From Lingula anatina (Eukaryota > Animalia > Brachiopoda): a stretch of 64,000 bases of DNA. The position numbers and the translations under genes were made by a program. Below are positions 35,613 to 55,440 of this stretch, one piece after another. The notes under the pieces were generated by a model. The model saw nothing but the letters and a program-made list of their open reading frames with translations. It did not search any database and was not told where the DNA came from. The DNA is taken from assembly GCA_051362555.1 (NCBI GenBank), contig CM120646.1, positions 17,050,001-17,114,000 on the forward strand. The letters are read 5' to 3'. The stretch's first letter is position 1, and every line of letters begins with the position of its first letter.

Positions 35613-38600
35613 TGATAATGTATTACATGGGTTAGAACCAGGTTTTTCCAACCTCTCCCTTTTACGATGAATTCTTTTCGAAATGGCTTTTTATGAAACT
35701 TTCTAAAAACATTGATAGATTTTCTGGATGCATTTTCCCTGTAAAATATTTGATTTAACTCAGGGCTTTTCCCAGAAATGGGGGTACAGTTTGTCCAAAA
35801 TTATCCCCTGTAATTTCCTACAACATTTCAGTGACCCCAAGCCATCATTTTTCAAAAGAAAAAAATTCATAAGCTGTCCAGCGGTCTTTGAAAATATTAG
35901 CCATCCAGTGATGGTGGCGGCCATCCAAATGACAACTGGACGGTTTGCTGGGAAAAGTCTTGATTTGACTATAAAAATAAACTTAAAGGTTACCAAAAGT
36001 CATAATATGTTAGTTCAAACAAAGCAGAATGAAGTGGAAATAATATTCAAAGACAGATTACAACAACTCTACATAAAAGTTTAGACAAAATAAGAATTCA
36101 AGTAAAATCCAGCTGTCTATCATTACCTTCTTACAAGCAAGGTTGTATTTTTATTTATATTTACTTCAAACAGGACACAACTTCACTTAAAATACACTAC
36201 AATCATATTTGTTAAATACATTTGTTTTTCAGTATGATCTCATTCACAAGCAATAAACTTTCAAACCATAAAATTCTATTTTTAACAGAATGTGCATTTT
36301 AGCAATAGTATTATTATTTTAGGGTACAATTTCACCCCTGAGCTTAATAGACAAGGAAGTAAATTGAAGTATGCAACAGGTAACTTCATGACCTTGGTAA
36401 ACCAAAATACATAAGTTTACAAATTACCTGAGGTAAGAATCTGTTATGTAGAATACACTAATCAAATTACTAGCATTTACAAAAAATCTTCCTTAATCAA
36501 AATGTAACAATTCAACTATACTTTAAGGCGGAAAATAACTGAGCAAGCCTTAGGTTCTGAAATGTTTGAACATTTTTACTGCTTCACTTCTATGCCTTAC
36601 TAGTACATGTCAATAATCAATACCTATAAGGAAGAGATCGTCTCTTCCAAGAAAAGCACCAGGGGTTTTAACAGGTCATGATTATCGTTAAAGGGCAACC
36701 CTGGTTTTCCGCCTTGCAGGAAGCAATTTAAACCAGTGTACGTGCTCTCATAGACCCCTGTTTCCCATAGACAGCATCAGCCAACCTAGATTGACCCAAT
36801 TCTGCTGGGACTCTCACCAAGTGCAATCAGAATTAAATTTTACATGTATCACTTTTTATAATACTTCCATTCAATTTTGCCAGTAACAGAGTTACACTTT
36901 TTCATACATTGACACCGCCACCATCTGCATTTGTGGGACACTAGTACCTGATGGTTCATACATTTATGGATAAAATAGTAGAGTTAATTCAACTCAACAT
37001 TTTGTCTGATTTCCACATTTTGAGAATATATTTTCTCTCCAAATCTATGAAAATTGGGAAAGGAGATTTTCCATAATATTGTCATTTCTTTTATTAATCT
37101 CATCTACTGTATTTGACACATTTTCCAAATGAAATACCTAACATCTTCTGACAAATCTTGTCTGTCAACCATTTTGACTCAGTTTGGTACTGCATACAAT
37201 CCAGAAATCAGAGCTGGAAATTATGGTTGAATTCTCAAAAAAACATGCATACTATAAGCATATAAGATAAGGACTTTTTAAAATTTCCCAGATTATTACA
37301 GAGCTATGGCAAACATCATGCAGGAAAAGAGGACCAAAGGTTGGTTTTGAAAAATTACTGTTTATCCCAGGAAAATAAGTTAAAAGTTGATCTTACTGAA
37401 AGGTGCAAAAATCAGCCATATAAAATCTACAGTAAAATTGGCCTTTAGACCATACAGTAAATGAAAAAGAAAAATACTTCAAAAAAGGAGTCCTCATTAT
37501 GAACCTCACCAACCAAACAAGAGAAGATGACATAAGCCATTGCCACTACCCTTATAGCATAAACACCACTTAACTGTAGGACAGATATTGCTTTTTCTAT
37601 AAAATTAAATTGATCTCAAACCCTATCATCTGATATTTGTTTTCTCAACTGATTGGTGTAAGGTAAACCTTGGTATTCATAAGAACAATATGTGAGAACA
37701 ATAATGTTTCAGGGAAAATTCCATGTAACTGTAAGCCTTGCTTTAATGAGAATGAGTTATTTGTGAGATCATAATGCCATAGAATCACTGTAATGTTTTT
37801 TTTTTGTTTGTTTTTTCTCATATCTACTATATAATGTGACAGACTTGCCTCAGTGTTATTTGCCTTGGTTTTTAGACTTACATGAAGCACAAGAAAGGCC
37901 TATGTTACCAATTCTTGAGAATTTACAGAGAGAATGTGACGTCACTTACAATTGAGATATTAAGTATTATAGCACTAAATACTAGCATGTGTAAGTGCTT
38001 ACAATGGAAGCTTTATTCGCCCAAGAAAGGTGCAATAAGAAGTCCAAAATGTTATCAAACTGGTACTTGAGCTGATATAAAAGCACTTTATATGCCAATT
38101 ATTTACTACATGGTGTAAAGGACTAGCTCACAGCTTTGCCAGGATGGGGATATTTATACGTGTTGTCCTCTTAGTTTGTAACACAGGGTGTTATTACTTC
38201 TACCTAGCATGTAAGGCTGAAAACTGAGGCAACAGTGTTACCTGGCTTAAATATGGACCTAATTAACGCCTCACATTGAAACAAGTCACAGTCCCAATTT
38301 TCTACAGTTGAGTTGGGTAATAACTAGTAATTATGTCAATTACTTTTGAGATACATGTACATATACTTACATATCTTATGCTGAACCAAAATTAGTGTTT
38401 AGATATTAGAGATAGTCCTTGCTTTTTTCTCATGCATGTACAGCGCAATACAAATGACCTTTCAACATTTTTCTCGTCATCGTAATTTTTAGCCTGCCTG
38501 TCTAGAATCAGCTGACCATTGCGATATGTATCCTACATGAAGTGTTAATCATTTTCAGCATACTGATACTGTACTATACATCTATTACCACACCCTAAAG

Positions 38601-38776
38601 TAAATGTCCCTATGAATGAATAATACTATGTAACTAAGGTACAGCTGTATCATTAAACACAAGGGCACTTTTCATGTGCTTTCGAAACTAAACAAAGGGG
38701 CAGGTCTATTATACTAGCACGACTTTAATAAGTGATTTAAATCTATTCTTTGAGATTGAACATACGTAAAACATAC

Positions 38777-38931
38777 CTAGAAGTGTATCGTCCTTGAATT
38801 CAGACATTAACGCCCTCGCATTGTCTCCTTTTAGAGGACGCTGCCCACAAACACAGGCATTCAAACAGCTTAGTTCATTATGAAAAGGAAAATGGCGAAG
38901 ATTTTATTGGATTTTTCCGAGGGGATTCCCC
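38777..38931 (-). promoter_or_regulatory. Putative non-coding exon 1 and core promoter of the TBK1-adaptor gene
   Basis: Donor CTAG|GTATGT at 38777, pairing with acceptor ..tttttataaag at 34575; YY1-like CGCCATTTT at ~38890; GGATTTTTCC 38909 and GGGGATTCCCC 38921..38931; CpGs reappear here. Confidence 0.6.
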
Positions 38932-39178
38932 ACTTAGCCTCGTTTTCATCGTACTCATACTTTAACCTCATATAAAATGACAATGTCGCGTACGGTTCAC
39001 ATCAGGTTTAATATGTAACCAAGATGCATGGCACTATATATTATTGCCTCAGTTTTCGGCCTAACAAGGCCTCATAACATTGTAATGAATTATAAAAGGA
39101 TTCAGTGTCATATTTGCTATATGTCCACTATAATACTGGTATCCTGCAGAGCTAATTATCTATATATCCCATTTCAGA

Positions 39179-39180
<2 letters not shown>

Positions 39181-39213
<33 letters not shown>
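39181..39213. repeat. (GT)n microsatellite
   Basis: Seen directly; similar tracts at 49010..49056 and 58851..58905. Confidence 0.95.
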
Positions 39214-39214
<1 letters not shown>

Positions 39215-40172
39215 TGATATTTCTTTTCAAATGACCAAACAAATTAAGAACTGAATTATTCAGTCAGAAATGGCACCAGCATACTAGTTAAGCATCAAAT
39301 CCAAGTGCATCAGGGACGGATGAGCAATGATTCGTTAATAGGATTTTTTGAAAGGAAAATTCGATTTAGCGCGAAAATATAATGGTCGATAAGACTCATT
39401 TATACATTCTCTGGACTTAATAACTGGATCAAGTAGTCAATGAGCATTAGCCCGATAAGATCAAAATCAATCTGTCTATAAGAGTTCAATCATATGCTTC
39501 CCTCTCTTTCTTCTTTTTAGCTCCCCCTCTACTCCTGACCGGTTGAAAAACAACTAAATAAATATAAACATTTGTAAATTCAGTACATACTCAGTACAAT
39601 GTGTATAGGCATGTTTTGCGCCTCTTTGAGAGCGTTAAATTATTTTTCTTTCTTGTTCTTCTTTAAAATTAATGATCAAGACTAATTTGTCAAAAAAAAA
39701 AAAATCATTTCAGGCGAATAGCTTGCTAACAAGAGATGTACTGTCGTGTTTCGATTCCAGTGCACTTGCCAGTGCCATATATAGACGGTGTGACTTTTTA
39801 TCACTCTCGATCTATTCACTGCTTTCATGTATGGTGCTCTTTGTGTCCAAATGCGCTGTCACTAAGTGTCCCCAAACCGAACGCGCTTTTCTGGGGGGTT
39901 ATCAGTTTTAATTAATGCTACCTTTATTTCGCAACCGAGCGAGTCGCCGGCGCTCTTTAGGGGTTCCCTTAACTTCCATAAATGCCGCTGTAGTTCCCGG
40001 TAAAAAGAGTAGTAGAGTGAAGAAATAATTAAGCTTTTTAAGAGTGCAAGTGGCAATTAACATTCTAAACTTACTCATACTTAGTGTTATACTCAGTCTG
40101 GAAATTTAATGATGAACAAGCGTGTATCAAATCTCAATACTGGGGCCACACGAAAAGAAAAGTTTATTATTG

Positions 40173-40204
<32 letters not shown>

Positions 40205-40322
40205 TTAGGTAAAATGGATGGGTGGCAATGAGCTCTAGTACGTAGGCCTATGTTTGAGGGGAGCTGATCGTTGGACGTCGGGGGGGGGGGGGATTACAAG
40301 ACGCTAAAATTACAGAGATTAA

Positions 40323-40579
40323 GGCTTCGTTCACATGCAATGTCTATTTTCTAAATTCTATTTTCTATTCGCGGTATGTCTTATGATCACGGTCTGTGCA
40401 CTGAATATCCCGCGGCGTAATTACAGGCAGCGCGAGCCAGTAACTATAAGTTACTATAAATTACTGGCTCGCGCTGCCAGTAATTACGCCGCGGGATATT
40501 CAGTGCACAGACCGTGATCATAAGATAGCGCGAATAGAAAATAGAATTTAGAAAATAGACATTGCATGTGAACGAAGCC
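40323..40579. mobile_element. Young Tourist/Harbinger-like MITE forming an almost perfect palindrome
   Basis: GGCTTCGTTCACATGCAATGTC... / ...GACATTGCATGTGAACGAAGCC; ~120-bp arms; TAA TSD at 40320-22 and 40580-82. Confidence 0.9.
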
Positions 40580-40911
40580 TAAGCCAGTGATTAAGCAAGA
40601 GTATCACTGAGTGATCGATTTTAAGTCTTCCCAACAAATTGGCACCGCCACGTGGACAATATGTACAGCCCTTCTACAAAAATTCCCAACTTTTGGTGTC
40701 CAGGAGCTGTTGCCTTTCCCCATGTTGAGGTAGACACGCTGCAAATGTTTTAGACATTACTTTTTTACACACAATAATTGTAATCAAAACATATCTAGTT
40801 TTTGTTTGAAATTTGAAATAGGAATTCGTTTTACTGGAAAAAGAGATAAGATGATTAAATAAAAACTTTTTAGATGGAGATATTGGGGAGACGCTTGGTT
40901 ACCAGAACAGC

Positions 40912-40971
40912 TGGCGGGACTTTCTCTTCTAATTTAGGTCAACATAAGCCACGTGATCGAGTTGGCGCGAA
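40912..40971 (+). promoter_or_regulatory. E2F sites and E-box in the MCM6 promoter
   Basis: TGGCGGGA 40912..40919, CACGTG 40950..40955, TTGGCGCGAA 40962..40971, 70-130 nt upstream of the ATG. MCM genes are established E2F targets. Confidence 0.7.
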
Positions 40972-41039
40972 TTGTGCACGTCAACAAAGCCTGGGTTGAT
41001 CAGAGCTCGAGCACCGCGTAAATTCCGTTAAATTTTGCG

Positions 41040-49958
<8,919 letters not shown>

Positions 49959-51456
49959 TGGCCCTCACCACCAGGATTTGGTGACTGACTTATTATATTT
50001 AAATACTGTATTTTCCTGAGAATTAGTGAATAGATTTGGCTGAGGCATGATTTTTTTTTCTGCCAAGTGCATCAAAGGTAAACAACCAACTTTGGCTGAA
50101 GAAAAGAAGTTCAACATAAAAAAATCCCAATATTTAATGCCAATTTAGTATTATTTTGACTAAAGAATTTCAGCTATTTTACGGAATAAGAACTTATGCT
50201 GGTATGAGCCAGCTGTTACAGGTTATTTGTATATATATGGCAACTTCATGGTTGGTCTGAACTCAAAAAAAATTTTTTTAAAGTCAACTGGAGTAAAACA
50301 TACCCTCAAATATGTTGATTAGTGCTGCCTCTTCAGTGAAGTGTTTAACTTGGAGCAGTTTTGCCATTTTTTAATTCTTATACGGTGATTTTGTGTAATT
50401 TGTAAAATTATGATTTTTATACATACATTTCTGTTGTTTTTGCATAATGTAAATATTATAACTGGTTATATTTAGAAAACCGTGCAAATTGATTCTTAAT
50501 AACAAATGGATAATTCCTAGACCATAGCTTTTGGAACAACCCGGAGCAATTGCTTATTTTGCATACATCTGAGTCTTTAATTATTTATTTGTTTATTATC
50601 ATTACTTGTAAATACACAAATGTAGCTGTGCTACTTTGTCACCTTTCGAAGTGATTGATAACAGTTTAAGTGGAAATTGAAATAGCAGTGCTTTTGGTAT
50701 GTAAATAAAAGGTTATAAAACACAATTGAAGTTTAAATCCAAACATTCGTGCATGCACACATACAAGCTGTGCTCAGAATAATCCCAACATTTTAAAGGA
50801 ACACACATACAATATCTAACGTTAACATCAACATTGGCCTTATACTCGCAGTCCCGCCGTATTTTCGACTTACTTGGTTATAGATGTGAGGGCGTGCGCC
50901 GTACTCAACACGCAAAGGGCACTTTCTCCTTCATTACTTGCGACGTGCATCTTGGACCACGCAAGTCTCACTTGCAAACTCCTCGCAAACTCCTTGCGAA
51001 GGGAGCAAGTTACGCTTGCGGCCTCGCTGTTCGAAGATTATTTGTAGAATCTATTGGAAATGTTCAATATCTTCTGTACGTGCTTATTTGGACTCAAACG
51101 GGTGGTAAGAGCCCGTGCGACCGGTTGTGACCGAGACTGTGTTGTCGTCCAAGATTTTTTTAGGAACTTTGCGGCTTCTTTTGTATATTACCGATGTTCA
51201 ATTTTAAGCAATTGAGATTTGTATGCACCGCGCAATAGCATAAAAAAAACATCACGAAGGATTTCCCTGCGGCCATTTTTTTCCACGTCTCGCCAATATC
51301 CATAGCGTTTTTCCATTTGAAAAAAGTATTTCTTATACAGTGTAGGCCGTGCTTCCGACTCGTTGACCAATTTATCAAATCTATATGTAGAACAATATCG
51401 ATGTGAGGTGACAGACTCCCCCCATAATAGACAGTCCGGTTCCCATCAATTTGCAT

Positions 51457-51629
51457 GGGGCCGTAGCGATAGTCCGAAGGTTCAATAGTCCGAAGGTTCA
51501 TTGGTCCGAATGTTCACTATAGAACCTTCGGACCAATGAACCCTTGATTAAAAAAGCGATGAAAATGTTACCACTTTTCGGACCAATGAACCTTCGGACC
51601 AATGAACCTTCGGACTATCGAGACGCCCC
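51457..51629. mobile_element. Merlin-like MITE with 16-bp subterminal repeats and 8-9-bp TSD
   Basis: Ends GGGGCCGTAGCGATAGTCCGAAGG / CCTTCGGACTATCGAGACGCCCC; repeated GTCCGAAGGTTCA(A/T)T; ATTTGCAT duplicated at 51449 and 51631. Confidence 0.8.
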
Positions 51630-51756
51630 CATTTGCATAGGTAATCAAGCCCCTCCCTAGATTTTGACCCACTTACGTAGACTGACCCTAACTTGTATAA
51701 TGAAATGGAGGGTTGACTCTCTGTTACCCACACCCTCAGTTTCGTGGAAATTGCAT

Positions 51757-52011
51757 AGGGGGGGAGGGGGGGGGGGAGTAACGGTGCGGGGAAACAACAA
51801 TGCGGGGGAGTAACGGTGCGGGGAAACAACAATGCGGGGGAGTAACGGTGCGCGTATAACGGCAGTTTTAGAGGGGATTTATCGATGCGGGGATCTATTG
51901 GTGTGGGGTCGTATCGATGTGCATGATGCAAAAATTTACTAAGGGGAAGTATCGGTGCGGGGGAGTATCAGTTCGGGGGAGTAACGGTGCGGGGAAGTAT
52001 CGGCATGACCC
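51757..52011. repeat. G-rich 16/32-bp subrepeat array, probably the right half of another GG..CC-ended MITE
   Basis: GGGGGAGTAACGGTGC / GGGGAAACAACAATGC units, ending ..GTATCGGCATGACCCC. Confidence 0.65.
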
Positions 52012-52404
52012 CTTATAGATCTGGTGAAGGTCGTCCGTTGACCTTGACACCTGGGTTGTGCGTACGTCACGTACGTTAATTTTGTTAATGTTTTACCTGT
52101 TCACAAGGGTGGCATAGGGTCATTCCATAGAGAAGCGGAGATTTGAGTCGTGTCAATGAGATGCACATTTGTCGAATATTTGCCTAATTACGACTTGACC
52201 CAATAATTTGATGTTTTATACTACAGAAGCCTAGCCTCCAATAAGGAAAAAAATCAACGGTAATAAGAAAGTGAAATTAAATAGCTATGTAAATATTTCA
52301 CAAAATGAGTGCGTCACTGACTTGAGCTAAGTATTCACTGTTGCACGACCCTATATATATGAGACTCTTTAGAGTGTGTACTTTCGTAGCACGCCCAGCA
52401 CAAT

Positions 52405-52815
52405 GGCCCCATTCCTATACACACCGTTGGTCCATGTAGATTGATCTAACTCTGTGAGTGCAATCAGCTTAACTGAAAGACATGCCTCCTCCTGGCGTTG
52501 AGTTGGAAATAAGAGGGCATTTCCAGAGAAACTAGGGTTTCACGCTAAATTGCAGTCATTCGACCGCGCACGGAAGTTTATTAGCCTACCCCCTTACAGC
52601 TTGTAGCCGGCGGGAAGGACATTTAAGCCGGATTATCTGACAGTAATCTAGTGAAACTCCCCACGTGGATAGATCGATCTAAAATCTATGGGAATGCGCC
52701 CTTAGGGAAGAGAAGACGTGTTATTAAGTTCAGCTGATTGTACTCAGCTAAAGTCCCTGCGGAGTTGTCCAGAGCGATCTACGAGGACCTATGATGTTTT
52801 CGAGAAATTGGATCT
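52405..52815. mobile_element. Older palindromic MITE interrupted by a family-1 MITE (52513..52701)
   Basis: Outer arms GGTCC..GTAGAT..GAGTGCAATCAGCTTAACT / AGTTCAGCTGATTGTACTC..ATCTAC..GGACC. Inner element GAGGGCATTTCCAGAGA..GGGAATGCGCCC, with TAA/TTA flanks, matches 7253..7466. Confidence 0.7.
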
Positions 52816-55440
52816 CTGTCCCTTCAATAATTAACAGAACAAAGCACCTGTAATGTTTTTGTGCGTGCATGTCAGTGTGCGTGCTCTGCGTAACCAAGTT
52901 GGTCTATGCTTATTTATTCAGTTTTATAAGACATAGCTGGAAAGATAAAACGTAACGCCTACATTTTGTTAAGGTTTATTGCTCACATTGAGACATTTGA
53001 TACCAAACGATTTATACCATAGCAATATTTGTAAAAAAAAAAAAAAAAGAACTCAAGAAACGGTGAATCATGTACATCGACTTAATTTTTCATCAACAAA
53101 ACGTCAAATGCGTCATAAAGAGAATTAATAACTGAAAGAATCGTGTATAAAATATAACCAAAGATGAATTTTGCGAATTAAATTCATTTCTAATTTCTGC
53201 GTCTATTTCCTTTTTCCTTTTTTATCATTTTTAACAGGTAAGGCAAGTACAGCAGGTATAGCAACGAATATATTTGCTTACAGAACAAAACGTGTACTTG
53301 AACTAATTTTTACTTTTCTTTTTAAACAACCAAATGACGTGACTCCAAATTAAATAGGTTCGATACCTGGCCTCATTCACAGATAACAAAATGATCAAAT
53401 AACTGAAAACCAGTTACCTAATGCTCTTACTCATTTTATGCAGATTATATTATATACTTCTGTAATATATACATTATAACACACGCATGGATACATGTAT
53501 ATACATATACAGCCTGTTCAAACAGTACACGTTTTATAGAACATTTCAAAGCATTAATGGTTACATATTGCAAACTGTGAATATTTTTTCCTGAATACAT
53601 TTTAACAGGGAGGTCATTACAAGAGTAAATCACTGTGATAAAATGCACCTGGTCCATATTTCGTTCAAATACGCTGATTTGAAATTGTTTTTGAATAGCC
53701 TAATATTATTTTCTTTGTGACTTTGTTTATACTTTATAGGACCACTAAAAAGTTTTGTTTATTGGGTCCTAGATTCAATATCAAAATAGAAATATACGTT
53801 AAATAACACGTATTTTAGCCATAAAACGATTTCATACTTTTAGGGGCCCTGATTATCTTAAAGAAAGGTTTTAACAAACTAATAACATTCAGTTTATCGT
53901 CAAAAAGCAATAATATGTTCGCAAAGAAAATCGTTATACAGGCTGTAGGCCTACTTCTTCAACCCTGAGAACACATCCTATAGGCCTACTATTAGACGAC
54001 ATGAGGTATCAAACAAAAAAGAAAAAAAGATAAACACTTGATCAAAATTTGCTTAAACGACTCTAGAAAGTAAAACAGTTGTATAGAAGTACTCTGATTT
54101 AGGGGAAATATAAATCAGGATTACTAGAATTATGAGTCTTCTGTGATGCATGAATATGCCACTCGCGTCTTCTCACGCGAGACTTCAACACCATGAGTGA
54201 ACCAAGTGTCGCGTTAAAGGACGTGATGAATAATAATTTAAAGCGTCATGTATAAAATGTTTCATCGCACACACTAAGAACGTGGAATATCATATTCAAA
54301 GGAATGCTACAGGTGTTAAAATGAGATTCGAAATGATTTCAAGCTAATAAACACCAAGGCTGATAATGTACTAGAAGTTTCCCGACTAGGCCTGTTGAAT
54401 CATCTAAACATCATCATAACAATCTCGAAGAATTCCACTGGTTTAAAATTTTCAAATTTATGTTATTAAAATAGATTAGCAATTAGTATTTTTTTTTTCT
54501 GTTATCAAAACTTTATGAACTTGAGAATATTTTCCATAATTTTAGTCGTCTCGAAACAGAATTTGAAATATTTCAAACTCACCGAAACGTTTCTAATTTT
54601 AATGTTAGATATAGCAGGAGCTATATCCAAATTGATACTTATATTTACATCTGTGGGGCAATTTCAGAAGCCTACCTGTGAATGAAACCGAACATCTGAT
54701 ACAGAATTCTACAAATGTACACTGAATTTAGTTTTTCTATAATATACACGAAAATCCCATGTTCTGATCAACATGTTAACCCATGTGTAATAAATAGTGT
54801 TCCCTGACTTGTTTAAAATAAAATATTTATAGGCCTAATGGAGATACAATATTATAATACCTTGCATTGTGCCTGGCGTTTTATCAAGAACGGAATTCTT
54901 AATTTCTACAATATTGGGTGGCCCTCACAAACAAGCTTAATGTAAACCATAAGTTTCTTCAAAACAACGACTAAGATCGGAGTTGTTTGCACTTCGGTTT
55001 CTGGGGTCTATCTCGTAACCTTCTTCGTGAAATAATAAGATTTGAAAGACACGAACTAATTCTGATCTTAGCTGTTGTTTTTAAAAAACCAATTATAGTA
55101 ACTGATGGTATTCTTAATTGGTGTTCAACCACCTTTTTCAGCGACAGCAACCAGTTTCATAGCTATGGTCAGACATAGAAACAGGAATGTGAGAAAAATA
55201 TATACAAAGATCACATTACACACTTTATACAGTTACGTAAGTGGCATTACCAACACGCGATATATTCTCTCTTAATTTTTTTAATTAGATCAAAAGTTGT
55301 CCAGAGAGAGAGAGAGAGAGAATGAATAATGCAATTAAGCGGACCAGAGTTCTAATTGCCAAGGATTAAAAAAACCTAGCGTCCATTTTGCAATCCATAG
55401 AACTAAATATGTCAAAAACACACTTAGGTTAGGATCAGTC

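Noticed and set aside
51470-52011. Short regular repeats resembling CRISPR or iteron arrays
   Set aside because: Head-to-tail 16-bp subterminal repeats inside TIR elements, with no spacers or cas genes, in a eukaryotic context.
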